Source: Eledone cirrhosa
Taxonomy: Eukaryota
DNA: 64,000 bases
Reading direction: 5' to 3'
Assembly (NCBI GenBank): GCA_964016885.1
Contig: OZ024749.1
Location: 5,766,001-5,830,000, forward strand
The notes beneath the pieces were generated by a model. It was not told the origin of the DNA and ran no database searches. It saw only the letters and a program-made list of their open reading frames with translations. The position numbers were made by a program, and so were the translations under genes. Positions 1 to 12,588 of this stretch are shown in pieces. Every line of letters starts with the position of its first letter. Within the stretch, counting starts at the first letter, position 1.

Positions 1-75
1 TAATAATAATTTCAATTATAAAAATTCAGTGGAAATGTACAAGCTTTGTTGCAATGTACAGTGTTTTGTATGTTA

Positions 76-154
76 TTACTCAGTAGGTCTGGAGAAAGGG
101 GCAGTGTCCATGGCCTTCACAAGCCCTTTGAGGCCATCACCACTTCCTACAATG
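76..154 (-). CDS. Candidate terminal coding exon of an unidentified host gene (IVGSGDGLKGLVKAMDTAPFSRPTE*)
   Basis: Minus strand reads tttaatctccctgctttcctgttccag|C ATT GTA GGA ... GAG TAA: pyrimidine tract, CAG acceptor, 25 non-repetitive codons more GC-rich than the flanks, then a stop and AT-rich UTR-like sequence. Protein not recognised. Confidence 0.4.
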
Positions 155-519
155 CTGGAACAGGAAAGCAGGGAGATTAAACTAGATATTTGAATATTTT
201 AGTCTTTCTTTGCTTTGTGAAATGAAATTTAACCTAGCTAGGGATTTGTTTTGTAGCTATGGAGAGGAAAACTAATGACGTAAATAACTTCAAGTTGTTT
301 CTCAAAAATACAAAACAAAACATTTAATTAGGATTTAACATTTTTCATACCAAACTGCCTCAAACATTCACATCTTTTATAATGCAAAGATGCTTCAATT
401 TAGATGTTTATATTAATCTAAAAAAGCATTTTAACAATTTTACATTAAAAAAATTAAATTGTTAATTTGAGTTCCAAACACCAGCTTGATAATGAGAAAG
501 TGATATTATATTACTAAAT

Positions 520-675
520 CCGGACGCCATGCTTTCCAGCATAGTTACGTCCCTTTACGGTCTTAGTTCAAATCCCACCGAGGTTTACTTTGCCTTTCAT
601 CCCTACGGGGTCGATAAAATAAAGTACCAGTAATGCACTGGGTAATTGCTGGCCTTGTGCCTAAAATTAGAAAAT
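520..675 (+). mobile_element. tRNA-derived SINE family A (Meta-domain-like body), 5'-truncated
   Basis: B-box gttcaaatccc, then tttgcctttcatcc..ggggtcgataaaataaagtaccag...ggccttgtgcc. Many copies in the window (e.g. 33110, 35845, 49695, 50648, 62244). Confidence 0.8.
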
Positions 676-1044
676 ATTATATTATTAAATCCCTAAAATT
701 CCTTTACTGTTTTCAAATTTATTTTAAAATCATAGGCAGTGTTTTTCATTAGAAATTTAATAATGAATAGGTTAATTATAGTAAATTGTTGAAACAAAAA
801 TTAAATATATCCACTTGAACAAAGAAACTACAATGTGATTATTTGGATTGCTAGACATAGTAGCCAAATCTTTCTTAATTCACACCCTACTTTTAAAAAA
901 GGGTACATTTGATTTTACAACAAACTCCTAGATCAACAAAACTGTAAGAGATGGCTTTATTTGCAGCTAGAAAACTTTTGATCATATGTCAAATGATGGA
1001 CTGGCCATTTCTTGGGGTAATGCCTTTATTTTGTCTGTGGGGAG

Positions 1045-3890
1045 CAGCTGAGGCACTACTCAGACTGGAGTAGAGTGTTTGTCTAGGGAGGTGTAGCTGA
1101 GGCACCACTCAGACTGGAGTAGAGTGTTTGTCTAGGGAGGTGTAGCTGAGGCACCGCTCAGACTGGGGAAGAGTGTTTGTCTAGGGAGGTGTGGTTGAGG
1201 CACTGCCCAGACTGGAGCACCACTCAGACTGGGGAAGAGTGTTTGTCTAGGGAGGTGTGGTTGAGGCACTGCCCAGACTGGAGCACCACTCAGACTGGGG
1301 AAGAGTGTTTGTCTAGGGAGGTGTAGCTGAGGCACTACTCAGACTGGGGAAGAGTGCTTGTCTAGGGAGGTGTAGCTGAGGCACCACTCAGACTGGGGTA
1401 GAGTGTTTGTCTAGGGAGGTGTGGTTGAGGCACTGCCCAGACTGGGGCACCACTCAGACTGGGGTAGAGTGTTTGTCTAGGGAAGTGTAGCTGAGGCACC
1501 GCTCAGACTGGAGTAGAGTGTTTGTCTAGGGAGGTGTAGCTGAGGCACCGCTCAGACTGGAGTAGAGTGTTTGTCTAGGGAGGTGCAGATGAGGCACCGC
1601 TCAGACTGGAGTAGAGTGTTTGTCTAGGGAGGTGTAGCTGAGGCACCGCTCAGACTGGGGTAGAGTGTTTGTCTAGGGAGGTGTAGCTGAGGCACCGCTC
1701 AGACTGGAGTAGAGTGTTTGTCTAGGGAGGTGTGGTTGAGGCACTGCCCAGACTGGGGCACCACTCAGACTGGGGTAGAGTGTTTGTCTAGGGAGGTGTA
1801 GCTGAGGCACCGCTCAGACTGGAGTAGAGTGTTTGTCTAGGGAGGTGCAGATGAGGCACCGCTCAGACTGGAGTAGAGTGTTTGTCTAGGGAGGTGTGGT
1901 TGAGGCACTGCCCAGACTGGGGCACCACTCAGACTGGGGTAGAGTGTTTGTCTAGGGAGGTGTAGCTGAGGCACCGCTCAGACTGGGGAAGAGTGTTTGT
2001 CTAGGGAGGTGCAGATGAGGCACCGCTCAGACTGGGGAAGAGTGTTTGTCTAGGGAGGTGCAGATGAGGCACCGCTCAGACTGGGGAAGAGTGTTTGTCT
2101 AGGGAGGTGCAGATGAGGCACCGCTCAGACTGGGGAAGAGTGTTTGTCTAGGGAGGTGCAGATGAGGCACCGCTCAGACTGGGGAAGAGTGTTTGTCTAG
2201 GGAGGTGCAGATGAGGCACTGCCCAGACTGGGGCACCGCTCAGACTGGGGTAGAGTGTTTGTCTAGGGAGGTGTAGCTGAGGCACTACTCAGACTGGGGA
2301 AGAGTGTTTGTCTAGGGAGGTGCAGATGAGGCACCGCTCAGACTGGGGAAGAGTGTTTGTCTAGGGAGGTGCAGATGAGGCACCACTCAGACTGGAGTAG
2401 AGATTTTGTCTAGGGAGGTGTAGCTGAGGCACCACTCAGACTGGAGTAGAGATTTTGTCTAGGGAGGTGTAGCTGAGGCACCGCTCAGACTGGAGTAGAG
2501 ATTTTGTCTAGGGAGGTGTAGCTGAGGCACCGCTCAGACTGGAGTAGAGTGTTTGTCTAGGGAGGTGCAGATGAGGCACCACTCAGACTGGGGAAGAGTG
2601 TTTGTCTAGGGAGGTGTAGCTGAGGCACTACTCAGACTGGGGAAGAGTGTTTGTCTAGGGAGGTGCAGATGAGGCACTGCCCAGACTGGGGCACCGCTCA
2701 GACTGGGGTAGAGTGTTTGTCTAGGGAGGTGCAGATGAGGCACCACTCAGACTGGAGTAGAGATTTTGTCTAGGGAGGTGTAGCTGAGGCACCGCTCAGA
2801 CTGGAGTAGAGATTTTGTCTAGGGAGGTGTAGCTGAGGCACCGCTCAGACTGGAGTAGAGTGTTTGTCTAGGGAGGTGTAGCTGAGGCACCGCTCAGACT
2901 GGAGTAGAGTGTTTGTCTAGGGAGGTGCAGATGAGGCACCACTCAGACTGGAGTAGAGATTTTGTCTAGGGAGGTGTAGCTGAGGCACCGCTCAGACTGG
3001 AGTAGAGTGTTTGTCTAGGGAGGTGCAGATGAGGCACCGCTCAGACTGGGGTTGAGTGTTTGTCTAGGGAGGTGTGGTTGAGGCACTGCCCAGACTGGGG
3101 CACCACTCAGACTGGGGTAGAGTGTTTGTCTAGGGAGGTGTAGCTGAGGCACCGCTCAGACTGGGGAAGAGTGTTTGTCTAGGGAGGTGTGGTTGAGGCA
3201 CTGCCCAGACTGGGGCACCACTCAGACTGGGGTACCACTCAGACTGAGGCACCACTCAGACTGGGGTAGAGTGTTTGTCTAGGGAGGTGTGGCTGAGGCA
3301 CCACTCAGACTGGGGAGCCACTCAGACTGAGGCACCACTCAGACTGGGGTAGAGTGTTTTTCTAGGGAGGTGTAGCTGAGGCACTGCTCAGACTGGGGTA
3401 AAGTGTTTGTCTAGGGAGGTGTGGCTGAGGCACCGCTCAGACTGGGGTAGAGTGTTTGTCTAGGGAGGTGTGGCTGAGGCACCACTCAGACTGGGGTAAA
3501 GTGTTTGTCTAGGGAGGTGTGGCTGAGGCACCACTCAGACTGGGGTAAAGTGTTTGTCTAGGGAGGTGTGGCTGAGGCACCACTCAGACTGAGGCACCGC
3601 TCAAACTGTGGTAGAGTGTTTGTCTAGGGAGGTGTGACTGAGGCACTGCTCAGACTGGGGCACCACTCAGACTGAGGCACCGCACAGACTGGGGAACCAC
3701 TCAGACTGAGACACGGCTCAGACTGGGGCACCACTCAGACTGAGGCACCACTCAGACTGAGGTAGAGTGTTTGTCTAGGGAGGTGTGGCTGCGGCAATGC
3801 TCAGACTGGGGTAGAGTGTTTGCCTGTGGGGTGCAGCTGAGGCACTGCTCAGACTGGGGCACCACTCAGGCTGGGGTAGAGTGTTTGCCC
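1045..3890. repeat. GC-rich minisatellite, 49-bp unit with 66-bp variants (extra 17-bp subunit)
   Basis: gagtgtttgtctagggaggtgtagctgaggcaccactcagactggggta repeats with period 49 (1081 to 1130); internal 17-bp gcaccactcagactggg duplications increase toward the right end. Confidence 0.95.
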
Positions 3891-4252
3891 ATCCCACTCC
3901 TTTGCTTTCGCTGCCTGATTCTTTTTTTTCTTTTTTTTTCTTTTCATTTCATGTTTTTGTTCCCTTTAATAACGTTTTGTTTTGAATAAACATCTCTGTA
4001 AAATAAAATACCCCTGAACCACCCCCACCAAAAAAAGGGCTTAGGTTGATTATGGGTTATGTTGAAAAATATTCCGAAAATTTTCATACAATGGGACTGA
4101 ATTCTGACCCTGAGGATTGCAAAGAAAATGTGTTAACCATTTTACAAAGTTGGATGCAGGAGTCAAGTTAACCATTTCAACTCCTTTCTGATTAAAGAGT
4201 GTAGGTTGGGAGTTGATGGAGATTTGTGTTGCTATTTCTAGCAATGCAATTA

Positions 4253-4653
4253 CTGTATATGCTGGCGTACATGTCGATCTAGTACATAGGTCGACCCCTA
4301 AAATTCTTAGGTGTAATTCAGGTTTAGGCCTTTATTCACCACATAAGCCACCACCCCCACCTCACACACAAAAATAAAGATAAGGCAGTACCATTTCCCC
4401 AGACCTAGATGCGCTTGACATTCTTAAATATTACGTTAAATAGACTTAACAAATATGAGGTTAAGTAGGAAATAATTGTGGTGGGTTGCTAGAGTTATGG
4501 TAAGTGCTGTACAGCAAGTGTTAGGCAGGCAGTTTCACTGTTTATCCCTCAGTGGTAAAGGTTCACATTTTATATTTGGTGGACAAGTTGACTCCTGGTT
4601 TTGGAGAGATATTTTTAAGCTCCAAATGTTGACTTGTATATCAGCATATACAG
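4253..4653. mobile_element. Non-autonomous pogo/Tc2-like MITE
   Basis: Imperfect TIRs ctgtatatgctggcgtacatgtcga / ttgacttgtatatcagcatatacag flanked by TA on both sides; no ORF. Confidence 0.65.
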
Positions 4654-5374
4654 TAACCAACCAGTCAATATAGATAAAATATCTTTGTTAGAAACTGAAA
4701 AACTTCCTGAGATTTGAACTAAAGTAAGTAGATATATGTCGTTATAAGGAGTCTAGTTCATTTTACTGCTATTTTACCTCAGATTTTCCCTGTTGTTCTA
4801 CTTAATTACTGAGTAATAACATTTATTGAGAGAATACAGGAAAAGAGCACACTGCTAATAGGAGAAAAAGAGAGTCAGGGAGTGTGAGGAAGAGTAGCTG
4901 TTATCTTGTACAGTAGTGTGAAAAATCATCCGTCACAGAGAATCATCTATCTTATCTATTCATTACAGGGAAGACAACTAAATGAAAATTATTAGGAGGC
5001 AAGATTAAAATGTGACAAGAATCAATAAAGATTTAGACTTTCATGATTTCAGTTGCAGATATAGACATGAAATCCATCAAGTCCTCACCCCTCCATTTGT
5101 ACCCTCCACCATCCTGTCTCAAAGGAATGGTTACTGCTCCAAATATCTCATTCTTCTCCTTGCTGCTGCTTTATTATAGAAAAGATAGTTAAAATTGAAT
5201 CAGTTTTGACATGAGATAATATTCCTGATATCTAAACTCATATATCAAACTCTAGTGGCAATCAAACTTTCAATTCTAAACACGTTTTTTGTCTTAGTTT
5301 GTCCTGGTTGCTGTATTCACTCTATCTCTATGTCGATACAAAATTAAACTGTGATTAATAGAAACCTACAATTA

Positions 5375-5445
5375 TATATATAAAACATACACAAACATAC
5401 ACACACATATATATGTACGTATATATATATATATATATATATATA

Positions 5446-5497
<52 letters not shown>

Positions 5498-5653
5498 TTA
5501 AATTTATATATATATATGAACACACACACATATATATGTACGTATATATATATATATATATTTATACATATACATATATATATATACATATATATATACA
5601 TACATATATATATATACATATATATATACATACATATATATATATACATACAT

Positions 5654-5704
<51 letters not shown>

Positions 5705-5711
5705 TATATAC

Positions 5712-5788
<77 letters not shown>

Positions 5789-6062
5789 TAAAAGGAAAAG
5801 AAAATGCTGACAAATTGACCCCAGTGAAAAATAGTTTAATTAGGAATAAGTAAACATTAGTAATAAGTATTGGTTAGTATTCAGTTTTAGTTTTAAGTTT
5901 TTACCGGTTGCGCATTTCTAATGCTTTTCAAAAATAATTTTGAGATAGAGCGCCTGTGATGTTTGCTCTAATTATATATGTACATATATATATATATATA
6001 TATATGTACATATTAATTCTGGCAATATTATTACACAAATATAACCCTCCCCAAGTATAACA

Positions 6063-6094
<32 letters not shown>

Positions 6095-6099
6095 GTATA

Positions 6100-6131
<32 letters not shown>

Positions 6132-6132
6132 C

Positions 6133-6226
<94 letters not shown>

Positions 6227-6367
6227 TCATATATTTATGTAAAAGGTAAACAGAAATAACAACACAATCGGTGCAGTATATGGAGGGTTAACGCTTGATA
6301 TAGCAGGAAGAGGGTCTTAACGTTTCGGACGCTAGTCCTTCATCAGAAATATATACATATATATGTA

Positions 6368-6426
<59 letters not shown>

Positions 6427-6470
6427 TATATTAATAGTAATAAAAGAAACATATATACTTTATATCATCT
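5375..6470. repeat. (TA)n/(TACA)n microsatellite blocks with short intervening element fragments
   Basis: Direct inspection; source of the YIYI ORFs. Confidence 0.9.
6314..6350 (-). ncRNA. Minimal hammerhead ribozyme motif
   Basis: Minus strand: CTGATGA-a-ggac-tagc-gtcc-GAAA-cg-TT; perfect stem II, weak stem I (truncated by a TA tract). Confidence 0.7.
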
Positions 6471-6854
6471 CTATTTATTTTATTATATATATTTCGAAGA
6501 TGTAAAGTTTTATGTATAACAAAAAACAGGACATGTGCTCCTAAGACAAAATACATAGCAGATGTATAATCTTTTCATGATATGCTGGTAGACAAATGAG
6601 CTGGACAGATTGGTGAGCACCAAGCATATGACTAGAAAAATTCAACACATAGGGGATTACATACCTGGGAGTAAATATTACAGCTGGTTTAAATGTTTCA
6701 TAAATTATTTCAAATATAGCATAATTAGATTGGTAAAAAAAACAATGACCGTTATTCAGTTTCAATTCTTCTTATTATCAATTAAGGTAGGTATTAAATC
6801 AAAAGTATATAGTATATCAAAGGAAAAAGATATTCTAATAAACATAAGTAGTAT

Positions 6855-7210
6855 TCATCATCATCATCATCATCACCATCATCATCATTTTACGTCCGCT
6901 TTTCCCTGCTTGCAAGGGTGGGACGGGATCTGATTCTGGCTTGATTTCTACAGCTGGATGCCTTTCCTAACACCAACCTCATTTACAGTGAGTGCTGGGT
7001 GCTTTTTTTCCGTGGCACCTCCACGACCACTTTGCAGTGGAATGATTGGACTCCAGTCTTATCATCTCATTTCTACAGCTGAGTGAACTGGAGCAATGTG
7101 AAATAAAGTGTCTTGCTCAAGGAAACAACACATCACCCAGTCTGAGAATTGAACTCACAACCTTTCGATTGCAAGGCCAATGCTCTAACCACTAAGCCAT
7201 GTGCCTCCAT
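6855..7210 (-). mobile_element. tRNA-derived CORE-like SINE family B with RTE-type tail and (GAT)n
   Basis: Minus strand: tggcttagtgg A-box, gttcaattc B-box, ccttgagcaagacacttt CORE-like segment, tail gcaagcagggaaaagcggacgtaaaatgatgat. Same family at 11757-12070 and 41732-42000. Confidence 0.8.
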
Positions 7211-7611
7211 TCTTCCCCCCTTTATTATGAAAATATAATAATAAAGGGGGGAAGAATTTGGATTATAAAATTTGTAGGTAAGTTATCTTTGTTTATGTAT
7301 ATTTAGATACTGAAATTATTGAGTAGAAAAATATTTAATAATTGATATGGTTCTTTTTTATTTCATTTTTTTTTTAAATATATACTTGAGTGTGTTGTAA
7401 TGTGATAAATGTGATAAATGTGATAAATTATTTATTTTAAAAGAAGGGAGATAATTATCTATGTTAAAAATTATCAATTCAACAATCTTATTTAAGTAGT
7501 TGATATATGAGAGACTATTAAAACTTTGTATAACTATTTAGAAAGAAAACAATGTATATATATACATATATGTATGTATATGTATATTAACAGTATCATA
7601 TAAACTTGTAT

Positions 7612-7700
7612 TAACACCTGAAGAAAGGTCACAATTATGATCCCGCTTGTATTCTAGAGGTATGGTCAGTATTGGGCCTTGAAACCTTAGGTAGAGATTT
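7612..7700 (+). ncRNA. Hammerhead ribozyme motif with long stem-loop II
   Basis: CTGAAGA (7618) aggtc...gggcctt GAAA (7681) cct-t-agg TA; stem I is poorly supported. Confidence 0.55.
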
Positions 7701-8796
7701 TGTTCTGTCTATAAACATAAATAAAATAACATAATATATATATAGATACATACACACACTCACACACATATATATATTTCAAATTATTCCGACATAGTTG
7801 TATACATACAAGAATATGAATTTTGTATATCTAATGATATACAGTATGTTTAATAAATAAACATTTGGAAAGCCTAGCTATGAATATTGAAAGGCTGACG
7901 GCCAGTGCCACCTTGCGGTATGCAGCAGAAGCAGAGGGGGACAACTGTCAATGAATATTTCAGGCTGTGGCCATGATTAGAACAGTGTTTCCTCTGCTCT
8001 CAATTATATTGACTCTAGTACTTCACTGGTCATTTATTTGACCAACAGGGAAAGGATAAAAGGCAAAGTTCACTTCAGCAGGATTTGAACTGAGAACATA
8101 GAATCTTGCAAGAAAACCATCCAAGCATTTGAACCATATGGTCTACTGATACTGCCAATCCTCCACCATATATAATATTACACAGATGCCACCTGAAGAT
8201 GCCTCATTGTATGATATTATACTAGCATTAAAACTACACAGATACAAGTATTAATCCTCTTACTTAACCCTTTAGCATTTAAACCGGCCGTATCTGGTCA
8301 GAATTCCCTCAGCCACTGATACTGTGATACTGATGTTAAGGTATTGTTCTCAAAATAAATAATTTCAAAATCTCATAGATTCGATATTATGTGAGATAAA
8401 GTGTTTACTGGGAAACTACAGTAGTAAATATAGAGTAATGTAAATGTTAAGTGAGATATTATGTGAGATAAAGTGTTTACTGTGAAATACAATAGTATAT
8501 ACTAGCGGAATGGCCCGGCGTTGCTCGGGATTTGCTCTAGAGTTCTTATATATTTGATATATATTTATCCTTATCGAGCCTCGTGAAATAAATACGTTTG
8601 TTTATATTTTGTTATTGTGTATGCAAAAATATCTGTACACGAATATATAATTATATATAAATATTAAAATAACAGATTAAAGTTTAAGCAAAGAATCGCT
8701 GCTTTCACCCTTAACAGGATCTTCTGAAACTAAAATTAAAAAAATCAATCTGTGAACGCAGAAGTAAATATTTTGAAAAACGTTACACACTATATA

Positions 8797-9689
8797 CGAG
8801 GTGGGTCAGAAAAGTTCCAGGACTGATGTCACAAAAGATTTATTTCAAACCCAAACTTCACACTAAAAGTGTTCTCCTTCAAAGTAATCCTCCTGAAGTA
8901 TGTAACTGTAATCTTAGCTCTCTGTAGCGATCAAACTGTTTTCTTCATAATTTTATATACATGTCCTCTGTTTCAGGTCGTCAAGCAATGAGCCCAGAGC
9001 AACGAATGGTTGGGGAAAACTCCGTCAGAAGCCCTGGGATTGCTGCAGCAAGTGTATGGAGATGAGACAATGTCACATTCACGTGTTTTTGAGTGGTGCA
9101 AGATGTTTAAAGAAGATATCGAGGACGTGGAAGATGACCCCAGGAGCGGAAGGCCCTCAACAACCAGGACGGGGGTCAACGTTGAGCGCATCAGGCAGAT
9201 GGTGCGTAGCGATCGTCGGCTGACTGTTTGACTGATGGCAAATGAGCTGGGCATGAATCGGGACAGCGTCCGGAAGATTCTCACTGAAAATTTGGACATG
9301 CGGAAAGTCTCCGCGAAGAAGGTGCCAACTTGCTGAACGATGACCAGAAGGGTCGATGCATGCAAGTGTACCAGGACATCCTCGAGCGTGTTGAAACCGA
9401 TCCAGACTTGCTAGAGACAGTCATCACCGCTGATGAGTCATGGATCTTCGAGTACGACCCGGAGGGGACCCGTTTTGAAGACGTGGACATCAAAAAGGCC
9501 GTGATAACGGACCTGCGGAGGATCCCGGAAGAATCCTTCCAGGAGTGCATGCAAGCGAGGCAGAAAAGGATGGAAAAGTGCATTAGACTCCAGGGGGATT
9601 ACTTTGAAGGAGAAAACTCTTAGTGTGAAGTTTGGGTTTGAAAAACATCTTTTGTGACATCAGTCCTGGAACTTTTCTGACCCACCTCA
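8797..9689 (+). mobile_element. Mariner transposon, internally deleted, about 103-bp TIRs, TA TSD
   Basis: TIRs at 8797-8899 and 9587-9689 flanked by TA; nested inside the Helitron. Confidence 0.92.
9010..9623 (+). pseudogene. Mariner transposase pseudogene
   Basis: HTH region (GKTPSEALGLLQQVYGDETMS..VFEWCKMFKE..DDPRSGRPST), linker RKVSAKKVP, first catalytic D (ITADESWIFEYDPE) fused directly to GTRFEDVD..QGDYFEG. Stop, frameshift, and the second and third catalytic D are missing. Confidence 0.9.
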
Positions 9690-11329
9690 TATATATATAT
9701 ACACACACTATATATACATACACACACACACACACAGCTACGTCATAATGTCGTAAAGCAGACAGCCAGGCATACAGATATTATAAGGGCGCAACGTTAT
9801 ATCTATGTATCTATCTAAAAAGGGAAAGACTATGAATTATAGTAAGAGATCGCTAAATCGCCTAATGCCGTCCCTAGGGCATTGAAAATTTGAAATTTTT
9901 TTTTTAGCTCGAAACACTCACAGGACCATAAGTAATACATGTGTGAAGTTTGAAAAGAATGGCTTGGGTGGTTCTCGAGTTTTATGATCGGACAGACAGA
10001 CATTCTCTGTTTTATATATATAGACTTTTCTGCTCGTCTATATATCTAAAACAGAGAATGTCTGTCTGTCTGTCAGCTCACTAAAACTTGAGAACCATCC
10101 AACCGATTGTTTTCAAACTTTAGACATGTAATACTTATGGTCCTGTGAGTGTTTTGAGCAAAAATTATTTCAAATTTTCAATGCCCTAGGGACCGCATTA
10201 GGCGATTTAGCGTTCTCTCTATATAATTCTTAATCTTTCTTTTTAGATAGATACATAGATATAATGTTGCGCCCTTATAATATCTGTCTGTATGTCTGGC
10301 TGTCTGCATTACGTAATTATGATGCGCTCAGCGCGATTCCCTCGGCCTCAGTGACCAAAGTCAGTAGTGAGGGGAAGGTAATGTTTCTGTAGCACGTGTT
10401 TTAGCGTCTATTCACTCTCTCTCTTTCCCGCTATCCCCCTCTCGTAGTCTGTCTCTTTCTTTCACTCTCACTCTCTCTCTACGCACGTGTTTCCCCTGTC
10501 GGACAGACAGACAGAGAAATTGCTGGTTATATATATAAGTAGATAGTGTAATGTAAATGCTAAATGGTTAAATGGTATTTTTCTAATTTCACAAACTCTA
10601 TTTCTTCACTGGTGGTTTTTATTTTACCAACCTTGGGAGGATGAATGCTAAATTTAACATCAGCCATATTTGAACTCAGATACTAAAGATCCCGAACAAA
10701 TACCGCTAAGCATTTGTCTCAAGTTCTAACAACTCTGCCAATCACACTTTTTATTCATAATTTCATCATTTTCATACTTTCTCGCTGGATGCCCTTCGCA
10801 TCACCTACCACTTTATAGCATGGACTGGGTGCCTTTATTTATGCCACTGGCACCAGAGATGTTGTCTAACTAGACTCAAGGCTCCTCTCCACCCGCTATC
10901 ATATTTTATTCAGAGTGTCTTCTCTCCTAGATGGCTTGCCTTCAGTAAGGCTTGCAGGGTCCACACCGACCCTGTGCAGTCGTTTGTAATCAGATTAACT
11001 TCCTTCCTTGACTGGTTGCTCTCACTATGGATTAAGATGTCCATTTTCTGTTATAATTGATTTATGTTGATTCTATTTCTCAATCATCTCCATGTTATCT
11101 ACTGTAACAGTGATACATTTGTACAACCTAAATGCCAGAAGCAGTGGACGGAAACCTTACCAGTGACTACACACAGTCTTCAAAGAACCTTTAGTGGATT
11201 ATATCATTACCAGAACATACTTTATCAATCTTATATGACAACAGAAGAAGGCAAGGTGTATTGCGTGTAAATGGAGATAGTTGCTATGAAGCTAAGTGTG
11301 TAAACATAAAGTCTTTCAACTTAGGAAAT

Positions 11330-11426
11330 ACACACATATATGCGCATACATACACACACATATGTATATATGTAAATATTCATATATATGTGTGTGTATA
11401 TATATATACATGCATCTATGTGTGTG

Positions 11427-11495
<69 letters not shown>

Positions 11496-11595
11496 GCATA
11501 TATGTGTGTGTGTATATATATATGCATATATGTGTGTGTGTATATATATATGCACATGTGTGTGTATATATATGCATATATGTGTCTCTATATAG
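11330..11595. repeat. TA/TG compound microsatellite
   Basis: Direct inspection. Confidence 0.9.
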
Positions 11596-11756
11596 AACGT
11601 CTCTAGAGCCAAGACCTAGGAGAACACAAATGAGAGTAGTACTCAATGCATGGGAAGGAGTAGAGTAGGTATACCACACTCTTAATACTTTTGACTTTTA
11701 GTGAAAACTGCTGGGCATAATGGTTGGGGTTCTAGCTTTCCTTATATATATATATA

Positions 11757-12070
11757 TGGAGGCACATGGCTTAGTGGTTAGAGCATTGGACTTGCAATCG
11801 AAAGGTTGTGAGTACAATTCTCAGACCGGGTGATGTGTTGTTTCCTTGAGCAAGACACTTTATTTCACATTGCTCCAGTTTACTCAGTTGTAGAAATGAG
11901 ATGATACGACTGGGGTCCCTATCATTCCACTACTGCAAAGTGGTCGTGGAGGTGCCACGGCAAAAAAGGTTGGTGTTAGGAAGGACATACAGCTTTAGAA
12001 ATCAAGCCAGAAACAGTTCCCGTCCCACCCTTGCAAGCAGGGAAAAGCAGACGTATGATGGTGATGATGA
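11757..12070 (+). mobile_element. SINE family B, near full length, inserted in (TA)n
   Basis: ggaggcacatggcttagtggttagagc tRNA head, CORE-like block, RTE-type tail and (GAT)n; TA runs on both sides. Confidence 0.82.
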
Positions 12071-12117
12071 TATATATATATATATATATATTTAATATAG
12101 AAACGACTTCTACAGGA

Positions 12118-12155
12118 CTAGAACTGTTTCATCTGAAGCAAATCATCAGGAAAAT
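12118..12155 (-). ncRNA. Degenerate hammerhead-like motif
   Basis: Minus strand: CTGATGA-tttgcttcagat-GAAA-cagttc-TA; stems weak. Confidence 0.3.
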
Positions 12156-12317
12156 GTGTGAAATCCTTGGTACAGTTAGGTATATTTTACAAAAATAAAT
12201 GGACGAGATGGCAATACATCTAAAAACAAAATTTAGTCCTTACACAGTGTTTCATCTAAGGCAAAATAGCAACATAACAGGTCTATAAATGTGGTGTGTA
12301 TGTATATATATATATAT

Positions 12318-12588
12318 CACTGCAAAGTGGTCATGGATGTGCCACGGCGAAAAAGCACCCAGCCCACACTGTAGAGTGGACATGTAGGCGCCACGGAAAA
12401 AAAGCACCCAGCACTCACTGTAAATGAGGTTGGTTTTAGGGAGGGCATCAAACTGTAGAAATGAAGCCAGCATCAGTTCCCGTATGAGCAAGACAAGGTC
12501 AGCCGACCAGACACTGCCCACAACAGGACAACCGGTCTAACCAATGCTAGCATGGAAGAACGGACGTAAAACGGTGATGATGATGATA
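12318..12588 (+). mobile_element. RTE 3'UTR / SINE tail fragment ending in (GAT)n
   Basis: ggttttaggagggcatcaaactgtagaaa...catggaagaacggacgtaaaacggtgatgat; related copies at 21590-21720, 31905-32225 (-), 32525-32685, 41440-41600 (-), 51835-52170. Confidence 0.7.

Larger units (their letters stand above)
8502..10543 (-). mobile_element. Composite non-autonomous Helitron
   Basis: Minus strand: 5' A|TCTACTTATATATATAA at 10543; 3' hairpin cccgagcaacgccggg then CTAG|T at 8502; no TSD; extra internal 5' ends at 10024 (-) and 10037 (+). Confidence 0.75.
8268..10570. mobile_element. piggyBac-like TTAA MITE interrupted by a composite Helitron
   Basis: Starts ttaa|ccctttagcattta; the MITE consensus aatagtatata|tagagtaatgtaaatgctaaagggttaa (intact at 40920-40958) is split between 8501 and 10544. 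Confidence 0.7.

Noticed and set aside
4045-4244. Short ORFs on both strands (MGYVEKYSENF... and LEIATQISINSQ...)
   Set aside because: No convincing splice signals or recognisable motif; length is compatible with chance.
5344-6230. YIYI/HTHT/VCVC-type ORFs here and throughout the window
   Set aside because: Translations of (TA)n, (CA)n and (TG)n microsatellites.
6478-6550. Possible hammerhead on minus (CTTAGGA...GAAA-tatata-TA)
   Set aside because: G5 of the core is mutated and stem II is poor; at best a dead copy, so not counted.
11064-11270. Possible plus-strand exon DTFVQPKCQKQW...EEGK
   Set aside because: Weak donor (gtgtat), no recognisable homology, no supporting neighbouring exons.
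11757-11830. tRNA genes suggested by A/B boxes
   Set aside because: These are SINE heads that continue into SINE bodies; no complete cloverleaf.
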